DNA of 64,000 bases, taken from contig NC_042998.1 in assembly GCF_006345805.1 (NCBI RefSeq), positions 86,924,001-86,988,000 of the forward strand, given 5' to 3'. Shown here piece after piece: positions 51,329-64,000 of the stretch. Made by a program: the position numbers and the translations under genes. Within the stretch, counting starts at the first letter, position 1, and every line of letters begins with the position of its first letter. Below the pieces are notes generated by a model. It had not been told where the DNA came from. It was given only the letters and a program-made list of their open reading frames with translations, and did no database searches. The DNA is from Octopus sinensis (lineage: Eukaryota).

Positions 51329-51447
51329 AAGAAGAAGAAGAAGAAGAAGAAGAAGAAGAAGAAGAAGAAGAAGAAGAAAGAAGAAGAAGAAGAAGAAGAA
51401 GAAGAAGAAGAAGAAGAAAAAGAAGAAGAAGAAGAAGAAGAAGAAGA
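51329..51447 (+). repeat. Long (GAA)n purine tract, apparently the tail of a retroposon at ~50960-51328
   Basis: About 120 bp of near-perfect GAA repeats following a CpG-rich non-coding segment. Confidence 0.85.
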
Positions 51448-52911
51448 CAACCGCAGCAACAGAAGCAGCAATCACAACAACTGCAGCAGCAGCAGTAACA
51501 ACAAGAACAGCTACAACGTAGCAACAACAACAGCAATAACTTCAGAGGCAACAACAAAAACAACAAAAACTACAACAGTAATAACAACAACAATAAACGT
51601 TGCAAAGAGAACAACACAACAATATAGCAATAATAATTATTTCTTTATTCATCTCATTATTGCCCTCAAGGGGCTAAAGGTAGAGGGGACAAACAAGGGC
51701 AGACAAAGGAATTAAGTCATTTACAACGACCCCAGTGCATAACTGGTACTTATTTAATCAACCTTAAAAGGATGAAAGGCAAAGTTGACCTTGGCGGAAT
51801 TTGAACTCAGAACATAATGGCAGACGAAATACCACTAAGCATTTTGCCTGGTGTGCTAACAATTCTGCGAGCTTGCCGGCCTAATATAGCAATAATAATG
51901 TCAATAGCAATGAAAAGCACAACAACAACAACAACAGCAACATAGCTGTAACTACAACAAGAGGAACACAAAGACAGCAATAATCTTTTCTACTCTAGGC
52001 ACAAGGCCCGAAATTTTTGGGGAGGAGGCCAGTCGATTAGATCGAGCCTAGTACGCAACTGGTACTTAATTTATTGACCCTGAAAGAATGAAAGGCAAAG
52101 TTGACTTCGATGGAATTTGAACTCAGATGAAATACTGCGAAGCATTTCGCCCAGTGTGCTAACAATTCTGCCAGCTAATATAGCAATAATAATGTCAATA
52201 GCAACAGTGAAAAGCACAACAACAACAGCAACAACAACAACAACAACATAGCTGTAACAAGAACAAGGGGAACACAAAAACAGCAATAATAAACGAAAAG
52301 AAAAGAGCATGATGGATTGTGTAAAATAATTCCCTTTGAATAAATTCCTTGTAAGGAATGGAACATTTATTATTCCAATTATGGCAATAGTGAAGAGAAC
52401 TGATTAAATATGACTATCTGACCTTAGGCAAAAGAAATAAAAAATTTTTTTGTATTTACTGCAAATCAGTTTAATCATTGAGAAAGAAAAAGTAGCTCTA
52501 GGAAGGGAGAAAGCAATAATTTTACTTCTTTTATATAATACAATAAAGAAAATATACACATAACCTCAGGTATGTCCAATTAGTTTATTAAACTAATACA
52601 ACATTATGAAAACTACAAACTATGTGCCACTCACTTGTAATATATTATTACTCTTCTTTGGACATAATTATACCAAATGAAAGTAGAGTTAATTTTTTCT
52701 ATACAGGTTGAGTGCTTTTGTAATAAATGATATATTAAAACATTTTTTTAAGAAAAACTTTCACTGCTTTTGTGAGTGTCATTCATGACATGACTGAAAG
52801 AAACCCATCATGTATATACATATGCACACACACACACACACTTGGAAAATGGATGTGTGATGTTCAGTTAAATAATAATAAATAGAATATATATATGTAT
52901 ATATACATACA

Positions 52912-52946
<35 letters not shown>

Positions 52947-52949
52947 TAT

Positions 52950-53245
52950 TATTATTACTTTTTTTTTCTTCTTTCAAATTTGCTTCCATTTCTTGCCGAG
53001 TGTCTTCCCGACTCCTAGGGCAAAGAAACTCATAGTATACATTGGTAGGCCATTAAACCAAACTCAATAGTTCGTTCATTTAAAAAAAAATTTTTTTTTA
53101 AGTTAAATTAAAATACATGAGCAGCAACAGTTCTCACATCAACAATGCTCTTCTCAATACGTGTGATGTACCAGTTAAGACAATCTTTTGCACTTCTTGC
53201 AGGGATGGTAAGCCAGGGATCATTCTCATATAATTTTCGGTTCCC
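52950..53245 (-). mobile_element. 3' end of an RLE (R4/Dong-like) LINE within (TAA)n
   Basis: Minus frame RMIPGLPSLQEVQKIVLTGTSHVLRRALLM* plus 3' UTR. Bounded by ~100 bp (TAT)n at 53246-53345 and a short TATTATT run near 52945. Confidence 0.8.
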
Positions 53246-53343
<98 letters not shown>

Positions 53344-53902
53344 TAATTGAATGTCATGCATCCATTTCCAAGTAAGTTTATTTTCACCTTTTTGTTGCAA
53401 CTCTGTACTGTTTTCTTCCTCCATCCTTCTCTAATTCTCATTTTGTCTCCCTCCTTCTTTCACCATTTTCTATCTGCCTCTCTCTCTCTCTCCCTCTTTC
53501 TCTTTTTCTCTCTCTCAATCCTCACACATGACCATTGTCCATCTTTTCTTTTCCTCACATGACCATCTTTCTTTTCCTGTTCGTACATTCAAAAGACTAG
53601 ATGTTTTATTTCTCTCACTTCTATCTTTTCTCTTTTCAAAGAAAATATATCTCCCAGCATTCACTAGTTTCCTCTCATTCTGGTCTAACGACCCTCCATC
53701 TTTATTTTCATTTGGTTTCTTTGTATGTCTCCACTATCCTGTTTTTGTTCCCAACTTTGACCCTCCTTAAATCCTAAATGCTCAAAATGAGGAGTAGATA
53801 AACAACCAACAACTGATGAAGCATCTTTTCTCTGTGTTTACTTGTCCTGTTTTTATGTATTTCATGTTGTTTCCACAGTTCGTGATGTCCTGTACCCATA
53901 TA

Positions 53903-53970
<68 letters not shown>

Positions 53971-54855
53971 TATATATTATTATTATCATTATTATTATTA
54001 TTATTACACACACACACACACACATATATAGTATTATATTAATATAAGAAAATGGAGAAGAAATATAGTGGATACTTATTTAATAAAAACATATCAAACA
54101 ATGTAAAGCATATAAGATTAAAGAATCAAAATAATCATAAAAAAATAAGCAGAAGAGCCTACACATGTTTCAATCCGGCCACAAAGTGAACAGTGTTTCA
54201 GATCATCACAATTCGAACCATATTAGATGTAAAAGAACCCCACATTATATCAGGATTTAATCAGAGCAGTCTCATGCAAAGATGAATGCTTACATATTAG
54301 TGGTAAATAACGAGCTAACTAAGATAGATGAGGACTGTAGTTTTATATACCCAAATCACATAATAAAATATTGGGTTAATCCAAACATGAAAACACCAAG
54401 AGAAAACACAACAACGCGAGGACGTGGAACAAATATAGTATTATTGGACACTCTTCGTCAGAAACATAGGAAAAGGAAAGATCCAGAGAAGGGAAGATGG
54501 AGGGAAAAAAATCGCCAACGGTACACATGAGGTCATCTCTATATACTGCAGAATTTTCTCTCAATATATAAATCGAAAATGCCAGTTGATATCTGGATTA
54601 TAAAATCCCTAACGAGGAAATTACATCTCAATATATATATATATATATATTAAATGATGATACTGATGACCGATGACGATGATGATGAAATATATATATA
54701 TTTATCTTTTAAATTCGTTTATGGTAATGTTAAAGATATGCAAATAAAGCTCCTATTTCATTATGCCAGCTACCGTTTAACAATACTGACCAGTGAGTCA
54801 GTATTTTTGGGTTGCATCATAGTTATACCAGTATAATTTAGGATAAATATAATAA

Positions 54856-55100
54856 TAATAACAATAATTCTAGTATGGAATTTATAAATACTTAATACAT
54901 CACTATGCATGTTTCCACAGATCACATGATTTTGACATCAGAGTCGGTATCCATGGGATTAAAAGATTACAATATAGTCTGTAATATACTGTACTAATCC
55001 AAAGGATAATGACCCTAATGTCAAAATCGTGTGATTTGTGGAAACATATGTAGTAATATATTAAATATTTGTAAATTCCATCCTAGAATTATTGGTATTA
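54856..55100. repeat. ~245 bp imperfect palindrome (foldback MITE-like)
   Basis: TAATTCTAG..GGAATTTATAAATA..GTTTCCACAGATCACATGATTTTGACAT pairs with ATGTCAAAATCGTGTGATTTGTGGAAAC..TATTTGTAAATTCC..CTAGAATTA. Confidence 0.8.
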
Positions 55101-55119
55101 TATACTTCATCATCATTCA

Positions 55120-55510
55120 TCAGTATCATCATTTAATGTCTGCACTTTAAGAACTCAGTTTTGCTGACATAGGTGGGACTTTTCAAGAACTTCATATTGC
55201 CAGACATCAGACATCTTGGTCCATTGTCATTTCCTCTATGAGGCCCAACATCCTGAGATTGGTCCTTACCACTTCATCCCACATCTTCCTGAGTCTCCCT
55301 CTTCTGTGGGTGCCGTCTACTGTCAGTGATTGGCACTTCTTTATACAAGCTGTACTCATTCATATGCATCACATGTCCAAACCAATGTAGTCTTCTCTCT
55401 TGCATGCTGCATTCGATTCCTATTATGCCCCAATTTTCTCTCAATACATTTGCACTTTGTCATATATGAGCGCTAATGTTACACATCAAATGGAGCATAC
55501 TACCATCATT
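55120..55510 (-). mobile_element. Older RTE LINE 3' fragment
   Basis: Degenerate match to the RTE C-terminus (LHWFGHVM, WDEVVRTNL) with a CAT-type tail. Confidence 0.6.
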
Positions 55511-56089
55511 TCTCTCTCTATATATATAAGTTAATATAATAGAGTATGAAACATACACGGAGAGAAAACCGCCATGTGGATTTCTTTCATGCTAAAAATG
55601 GCAGTCAAAGCCTAAAACCATGAAAGAATATTCTTACATTACAGCATGTTGATTTGTATGCGAGCAAGACATTTGAGTGAATAAAAATATAGTAAACCTG
55701 TTGATGTAATAAGATGTATATCGTTAAATGAATACTGTTTCCCTTGGGTTTAATACAGCATGCTGTTAGTGTCCATAGGTTAAGGTTGTTGGGCAGGAAT
55801 GGTGAGGAACAGATTCAGTTGCAGAGTTATAGATACAGACAGGGATTAATTAAGAAAAATGATAAGAAAAACGAGAATGAAGAATACAATAAAGTAAAAT
55901 ATAAGTTGTGTCGGTACCCAGATAAAGTTATTTCCATACCCACACTTTCAGTCCTTTATATGCATACACACATTCATGCTCAGTTCTTTGTGCACACACA
56001 CACACACATAGAGGCAGTTAAATAGAAGCCATTAAACTGTCCCAGCATTCATGCATCCCACTGTGAGGCAGGCACCACATTGCCAGTTT

Positions 56090-58500
56090 GAGGACATGAG
56101 TTGGTTGCAAATCTCTTAGTGCCTGTTTACCACAAACACATATCACTACATACACCTGGGTACTGACACACCTAATGTTTTACTTTATTGTATACTTCCT
56201 ATAGAATCTCCAACTCCAATTTATCTGCTAATGAAGACATTTTTAATAATCATGCCCCATATTATAATCAGACTCTACAGATAAATGGTTTCCATGAAAA
56301 GATTTCTTATATCCCCAACACTAAACTTAAAACAAAAATTGCACATCTCTTTCCTAATACTATCCCCAAATCCACCAATCTTTCTTCCACTCAGCAACAA
56401 ACCATCAGTCCTCAAAAACTACTTTCTATGTATCGCACTTGACAGCCCCACCAGCCATCTCAACCTATAATGATTACAAACCTCCCTTTCAAGACTCACC
56501 CACTATAAGCACATGCTTTAAACCTTCTAAGGGCAGGAAGTGCAAGATCCTATGGCTTGCACCTCCTTTCTCCTTTCAAGTTAAATCTCTACCCAAACTC
56601 TTCTTTAAAATCCTAAACTCTAACTTCCCACTTTGGCATAAATACTATCCTATCTCTATCTTCAACAAATCAACCTTTAAAATCTATTCCACCATCCCTA
56701 ATTTAGGATCCATAACATCCTCTAACAAACACAAACTACGATTCCACTCTTCAGAACCTACAATCTATCCTACTGCACCCCACCTGACACAATAATACCA
56801 ACCTCAGGGCTTCTCTCTACAATACTACCCATATGACCACATATACGAGCAAGGATACCCCCTCCCAATCGAACACTGACACCAATTATACTTCCAGTTC
56901 TTCTTTACTGGTAATGTACCACAGGAAACTGATCTCCCCAGCAGTAAATTCCAACTGCAGAGAAGCCAAGAAACTTGCAATTGTTGGGTGTCACAACCCT
57001 GCCCTCTTGGAGGTTTCTGTCTGCACAAAAAGGTAGTCTACAATGGTCAAGTAATAATACCATGCTCCAATCAAGCAAGGGTCTATATCAGTGGCACTGT
57101 TGATTTCAAGAGATGCTACCGAACCCACATGAACTATTTCTTCAACTCAAATCCTAAATTATCTACCTCTTTAGCAACTTATATACACAACCTCAAATCC
57201 CAAAATGTTTCCTACACCCAATCCTGGTTCATTCTAGAGAAGATCCCCCATACAACACAAACCTTGATATCTGTAAATCACGTTCAAATTGCTAACCATC
57301 CTTCACTAGCACAACCCCTCATTACTTAATAGATTCTCAGATGTAATACTCCCATATAAACACAGGTTCTACTCATCATTTGCCCACTTTATTAAATCTA
57401 TGTAATTCCATAACTATGATTATCCTTAATTATAATTAACCTTGTGGTATGACTAGGTCAGCCTAGCAACTTATCCCCTCCACTAATACCACTCTTTCTA
57501 CTAAATTATTCTTTCCCATGATTACCTTTGCAAATTCCTCTTATCCACCATATCCCACCTCCCTCATGGTCTCCCCATCCTCACAAGTCGTTTTCTTTCC
57601 CCACTCTCTCATTTCTCCTCTTCAACCAAAAGCACTTACAACTGCCTCACTCAACTACCTATCAACCTCTTCCACTCTCACAATTCACCTTCCTTTATTC
57701 AATTTCATACATCTCTGTATACTTCAGTATTCCCTCTCCATCATCAACATACCTTCTTTATAGTACTAACCACTGCTACCTTGACCACCAATTCACCCTG
57801 CCACTCTGTCCACCTCCCTCTATCTTCTCTTCTACTTTTCTACATACCTTAGTAATTCCCCTCTACTTTCCCTCCCTCAAGTAATTGCTATCCCTTTTCT
57901 CAACTTCCAATAATTCAATAGCCATTATCCCTAAACTTTAACACCTGTACACAAACCCAACAACTGACCATCCTTCAATTACTATCTATCCTACTCCTCC
58001 CACTCATCTCTCAACTCTCCACTTCTACTACCACCTCCCTTAATACCCTCATTATTAATCCCCTCCTTTTTCTTGAACTAGCTCTCTTATCTCCTTCCAC
58101 CATTCCTTGTCCTATCAGTCCCTATTACCCTATTGACCCTCCTACTTCTTCTCTCTAATACTTATTGCTCTCCACATTTAATCATTCCATGTTTGAACTT
58201 CTCTGCATTATGATCTGAAACGTAAGTTCTTTTCTGCCCTAATGATGGAGGCTTGATTTATTCAATGTCAGTTGCTTCCATTATGGCTTGCATATTGTGA
58301 TGAACCACATCTACCAACATTAAAATGGATCTCCAAGCCCTCAAAAACAGCTGTTGGACTTATAACACCTAACTTTCTCCCCTTTGATTTTCTCTGTCAC
58401 TTATACTTTGTGTATAAACATAAATACCTATATATTTCTACTCAAATATTCATCATCTGAAAGTCTTCCCCTTTTGCTTTCTTTTGTTTTGCATGTATAC
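56090..58500 (+). mobile_element. Degenerate Penelope-like element (RT C-terminus, linker, GIY-YIG endonuclease, pyrimidine-rich 3' region)
   Basis: RISNSNLSANEDIFNNHAPYYNQTL, ILWLAPPFS..IFNKSTFKI and CPLGGFCLHKKVVY..VYISG..FKRCYRTH..LATYIHNLK..W motifs. Confidence 0.8.
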
Positions 58501-58889
58501 ATATATACATATTTTGTATTTCATACCCAAGGTGCTATATTTAATATATACATTTTTTTATCTGCATAATTGCCTCTATTGTTGATCAACTTAGTCCCTC
58601 TTGTAGACATTCTTTAGCCCACAAAATTAACCCCTGTGTGTGTGTGTGCAGCAGGATTCCTTTGTTCATGTCAGCATGACTTAGCAGTTCAGCATAAGAG
58701 ACCGACAGATTAAGTTCCAAGCTTAAAATAAATACTGGGGTTGATTCATTTTCTGACTAAAACCCTTCTAGACAGTGTCCAAACAAGGCTGCATTCCAAT
58801 GACTGAAACAAATAAAATGTTAGATTACATTAATCCCCATACTTCTGCTTGCTGGTTGTTCTGAAGAATATCAGCATTCAGTGATACAT

Positions 58890-59990
58890 ATTATTTCATT
58901 AATTATTTTTCATAATTAATTATTTCAACAACAATGGAGATTCTAAAAATATGAGTAATTTTTCAAGAGTCTTTCTACATGCATTGTCCATTTTTATGTA
59001 TGTTTCTTTATGCTTTTAGAAAACAAAATTTAAGGCCGAGAGATGAATCATACACACAAGTGTCTTAAGGTGTCTTTGCAACTAGTGAAGCAAACAGGTG
59101 ATAGTTTGATAGTTTAAAAGAGCAAGGCATATCTCAGTTTCTAAAGAAACATTGTGAGTGAGGATTGTCATTATCATGCTACAAAACTCATTTTCAAATG
59201 CCTTTTAACAATAGTACACAGAATATGCATTGACTCAGGCCTTAGATTGCCACATTGCATTTTATTATAATGAACATTATTCAATATTGAATCCTCATCA
59301 GATAATCTTTCAGTACTGGTCCTTGAAATCTCAAAAGCAGATTGAATAACTTTTTCTACTGTATGTTTAATTTTTTTTTTTTTTTCACAAGTAATTGTGA
59401 ATGTTACTTTTCTACACTCTGGTATTGATTCTCTAGTTTGTAGAGGTGTATTTATTTTAGGTTAATACCGAAAGCCTTTTTCTCTCCAAAAAATAAGCAT
59501 CACTTTTGTAACTATAGTGGTCCAAAAGTCACTGACAGGTTTGAAAATGGTTTTGTTCAGCAAATTCTGTGCAATGTTTTGAGGTTTAGCTTGCACAAAG
59601 TTTACCAGAATCAAGTTTGTTGTGAATGGTTTCATAAGAAGAATTTCAACTAATTTGTATAATATTTCCTACTTTGTCAATAAACACCAGTCTTTTCAAA
59701 AGAACCATGTCACAGACTTGTTTGATGTTAGAGTCAACACAAAAGCTGGTCAATAACCGACACATTCCTCTCATGTAACACTTGTGAGATACTCTTTGAA
59801 TTTTTAAATCCATTTATTGACTGCTGGTAGCAACAAAAAAATGTTTCTATAATAATAGTTAACATCTTTGGTGGATTCTTTTTTTACATATCTCCAGCCT
59901 ACAGAGGATAGATCACAGAACAATGCCATTCTCTGGAGTAAACAGAGTGGCCTTGATTAATGGAATAAACACATCAACCTTTCAAGAAGT
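58890..59990 (-). mobile_element. Very degenerate mariner remnant
   Basis: Minus frames resemble the mariner N-terminus (VNKWIKKFKE) and the TCQ.LLDHY..DA.FL region. No TIR confirmed. Confidence 0.4.
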
Positions 59991-60341
59991 TTGAAGCTCA
60001 AAGATGTAGTGAAGCAACAAGAGAGATAGATAGATAGAGATAGAGAGATAGATAATTAGAGAGAGAGAGACAGATATCATATTTGGTGATGCATATGCAA
60101 ATAATTTTTTCCACTAATATGTACAATGCAGATAATTGATGAATCACTCTTGTATACAAATATATAATATATATATACATATATGTGCATATACATACAA
60201 TTACAGGCATATACATATGTATACATACAAACATGCATATATATATTAATATATTAATATATATATATATATATATATATATTTCGTTTTTGGATTTGGT
60301 TTGCAAGATTCTATATGTGTGTTTGTGTGGTAAAGCATATT

Positions 60342-61194
60342 CTGTTGTGTCTGGGGAGAGTAATTTTCTTTTTGTGCCTTATAATTTAACGCACTCACCA
60401 GTAAAATTTTGACTTATTTTTATTTTCCTGAAATTTTCATTGCTTCTTGCAACCTTTTCAATAGTCTTGACTCTGTCCATGGAGGCAACTTGGGTCAATT
60501 TGACAGCCGCATCTTATCCAAGCACCCAAAAGACCCAACACTCAGACAAATATGGGAGTACGTTCTTATCAATGAAACTTCCCCGATACTAAACAGGAAA
60601 TATACATAGTAGATATCATACCTCCATACCCACAGTTTACACAGGTAGAGTAGAATAGTTAATGGGCTGTTATGTAGATAGATGTATGTATGTGGGTGCG
60701 AGTGTGTGTGTATGTGCATGTTTTTTTGTTTGTAAGCATATGGATATGAAAATAAATAGATCAACATACAGATGGATAGGTACATAGGTTATAGGAACAG
60801 ACAAACACACATACGCAAATGGAAACTGAAACACATGGCCATACACACACACACACAGACATGCACACAGAAGGAGACAAAGGTGCATACATATACAAAC
60901 ACACAAACATACATAAAAAATACATGAACACGGACATGCAAGCACAGGAATATGCAGAATACATACATACATACATACATGCATGCATACACACACACTG
61001 ACTCACACACATGTGCACAAACAAACAAAAAGGAATGCAATGTAAACAACAAACAGAGTCATGACTATTGAAAAGGTTGCAAGACACAACGAAAATTTTA
61101 GGAAAATAAAAATATAAAATAAGTGGAAATTTTACCGGTGAGTGTGTTAAATTATAAGGCACAAAAAGAAAATGACTCTCCCCAGACACAACAG
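60342..61194 (+). mobile_element. Truncated Penelope-like element with inverted terminal repeats (60342-60476 / 61053-61194)
   Basis: ~135-140 bp inverted arms. Internal LRQIWEYVLINETSPILNRK resembles the end of a PLE GIY-YIG domain. Each arm carries a hammerhead-like motif. Confidence 0.65.
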
Positions 61195-61227
<33 letters not shown>

Positions 61228-61239
61228 TTTAAGTTTCAG

Positions 61240-62500
61240 TCCAAGGACTACAGCCATGTTGGGGCACCACAATTTGCTTTGCTACAATTTCAATAAACCT
61301 CCTCTGATATGTGACAACTTGGTGGATGAGGGAGTTTGACGTTGCTACCTTAATTTGTGTTTCTGGCCTTCATCCATAACTTTTGACAGAAGGAGATCTA
61401 GTTTTGTTTCGAAAAAGCCTACATCCACACCATGCAGGTCTCTGAGGCTTTGTGGGAGGATATGGAAGAGCTGTGAGCCTTTGAAGTTTGGAACAAGTTT
61501 TTCTAGGATTTTCCAGATGTATATTATTGCACATCTTTCCCCACTTCACTACAGAGAGTAGAGTCTTAAATCTTTCAGTCTCTCCCAGTAACTGATAAGT
61601 TGCATTGTATTGATCATGCAGCTTTGCTGGATTGTTTTGAGTTTCATTGTTAATTTTACACTGTTTAGTGACCACAGGTGGGATCAGTAATCCAGATGGC
61701 TGAGAATGAAAGTCCTTCAGAAGACCATCATGGTTTCCTTCTCTCTTGTTTTGAAAGTTCAAAGGATCCACCCAGTCAGACATCTACATTTTATTGCCAA
61801 CTTAGTAATATGCACCTGGAAAGATGCATCATTACTCATGTTGATACCCAGGTCACACATTGATTTTGATTCAGGGATTGGAATTCCTCCTGGATCAGTG
61901 TATCCTATCTGTTTTTCATTGAGCTTCCTGTGTGGGTATCACAAGGGTTTGGAATTTTCCAGCATTAAACTGTATATTATTTTCCTCAGCCCACTTGTAT
62001 ATTGCATCCAACTCATGTTGCAGATGCACAATGTCTCCAGAGTTCCTTTGAGAGACTTTTGCATCATCTATATAGCTAGCAAGGGTAGTTACTTGAGCAG
62101 CTGAGGGCATGTCAGAGAGGACAACTATGAATAGCAGTAGCCCCAGGACAGTGCCCTGTGGAACACCATTCAATATTTGTGTTTTCTAGGAGATTGCCCC
62201 ATTGACCACCTCTACCTAACTTTTATCTTTTAGAAAGTCATGTAGCCATTCTCCAAATTTTCCAAATATGCCTAGATTTTGGAGAATGTGATAAATCATA
62301 CCATGGTTGACTTTGTTATAGGCTTTTGCAAAGTTGAGGTATATTACGTTCACATTTAAGTTATTGAGCAGCTGCTTTAGCACCCAGTCGTAATGCTGCA
62401 AGAGCTGTGTCAGGCAGCTTCTACCTGGTCAAAAACTATGCTGGGTGTCAGTCAGCAAGTCATTCTCTTCAAGTAATGCAATTAATTTCCTTCAGACTGT
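61240..62500 (-). mobile_element. Degenerate CR1/L2-group LINE fragment
   Basis: YLNFAKAYNKVNHG, GVPQGTVLGLLLF and SYIDDAK motifs in broken frames. Confidence 0.85.
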
Positions 62501-62685
62501 GAGCACAGGATGTCACGAAACATGTACAAAAAAAATGCTAAGTATGAGTACATGGAACACATTTCGTGACGTCCTGTGCCCACATATGCATATATATATG
62601 TATAGATGTAAGTATGCACATATATGTATGCATATATATATATATATATATATATAACATACCTATATCTATCTATATCTATCTA

Positions 62686-62721
<36 letters not shown>

Positions 62722-63547
62722 GATCTATATATATATATATATATATATATGTTATTATATGACTGAGCGCCATGCATCCTCTTCCAAGTAAAATTATCTT
62801 TATAATTCTGATGCGCACTATTCTGTCTTTTTACTCTTTCATTTTTGTCTCTTCTCTCTCTTATTCTTTTATCTACTATCCTATTACTCTTTCGTTTTTT
62901 ATTCTTCTACCCCCCCTTTTCCCCTCCTGTTTTTTTCTCACTTATCCTATCTCTGATTTTTTCCTCTACTTTCACAGTTCTCTGTCTGTCACTCTCTCTC
63001 TCCTTCACTCTTCCTCTCTTGCTCATGTGGCTCCCATGTGACCATCGGCCATCTTTCGTCTCCTAACTTGTGCTTCTTTCTTTCTCTCCATTGTAGCTGG
63101 ATCAAGGAAGACGTGTTCTTGTTTGTGTGCTGTTCAAGCTTGATTAACGCGTTTGCCACCACAACCTCATTTAGGCTTAGCAGCCCTTCCTGTTTGTTTT
63201 CTCTGTCCTGTTTGTGTTACCAATTTTGCTCTTCTGCAAAATCCCAAATTTTACTTAATTTGCTTTGTGGTAGCAGCTGTTTTACCGAAAGCATATATTG
63301 TTGTTAAATTAGGGTAAGGGTTAAATATTCAAAATATGAGAGTAGAAAAACAGCCAAAAACTGATGAAGGATTGTTCTTTGTGTTGTTTGTCTTGTGTTT
63401 TCTGTTGTTCAAAAATATAGTTCATATTCCATTTACTTGTACTTCATATTTTTTTGCTGTACTCGTTTTGTGACATCCTATACCCACATATGCATATATA
63501 TATATATATATATATGTATAGGTGTAAGTATGTACATATACATATAC

Positions 63548-63690
63548 GGTGGAGTTACGATTTCAAGAGGATGATTGGAGTCACGTGGATGAGAAAGGCG
63601 CGATCCAGAGAGGAGTGGACAGCGTGCTGTGACCAGCGGTGTCAAATGGATGCCTGACGGACTGGTCGGTCAAGGTGATCAAGGTGATAT
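63548..63690 (+). mobile_element. Very short, young RTE-type LINE 3' end
   Basis: RWSYDFKRMIGVTWMRKARSREEW.. frame, CpG-rich, tail CAAGGTGATCAAGGTGAT, embedded in (TA)n. Confidence 0.6.
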
Positions 63691-63704
63691 ATATATATTA
63701 TTTA

Positions 63705-63767
<63 letters not shown>

Positions 63768-63800
63768 GAGTAAATATTCAAATGAATATTCATATTGATA

Positions 63801-63848
<48 letters not shown>

Positions 63849-64000
63849 GGCAGTAAATATATAAATAATTAATAATAATAACAATAATATTAGTGGCCAG
63901 CAAGCAATAATGCCATTAATTGGCTAATCAAAAAAATTTTATAATTAATAAATAATTACAATAGAGGGTACGCAAAATACCAGTTTGCTAGAAAGAAGAG

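Noticed and set aside
51286-51715. Poly-K/E/S/F/L ORFs
   Set aside because: Artefacts of the (GAA)n and (CAA)n tracts.
44770-52700. Scattered minus-strand exon candidates (~44850, ~49700, ~52640)
   Set aside because: Isolated splice-like signals with short frames; no consistent chain or homology.
58195-58229. Hammerhead remnant GAACT...GAAAC-GT-A-AGTTC at the Penelope 3' end
   Set aside because: Stem I and the 3' half fit, but the CUGANGA core and stem II are not recognisable.

Overview
AT-rich, repeat-dense animal genomic DNA. The repeat families resemble those I recall from Octopus/coleoid cephalopods (inference). A 100-N scaffold gap lies at 7364-7463. The one complete gene I can reconstruct is a six-exon AVEN (cell death regulator Aven) homologue on + (17298-35362). 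All splice phases are compatible, giving 1020 nt / 339 aa with the conserved SNWDRY, DFxxLL, SQFRFxxEKEW and C-terminal LEDWLD motifs. Two probable last exons of an unidentified + strand gene lie at 4940-4980 and 6715-6830. The rest is mostly layered transposon debris: RTE, CR1-like and R4/Dong-like LINEs, Penelope-like elements, Ty3/Gypsy fragments, a solo LTR, mariner/pogo/Chapaev-like DNA transposons, MITEs, tRNA-derived SINEs and long microsatellites. Most short ORFs in the supplied track are repeat or microsatellite artefacts. Best leads: (1) minimal hammerhead-ribozyme motifs in Penelope-like terminal repeats, including a candidate U3-A8 core variant; (2) a ~2 kb foldback element with ~640 bp arms in AVEN intron 1; (3) an AVEN exon 2 that starts with a perfect 5' splice site (recursive-splice-like); (4) RLE-LINE fragments repeatedly sitting in (TAA)n tracts; (5) a short internally deleted RTE-like retroposon with a structured 5' end. 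None has been validated by computation or database search.
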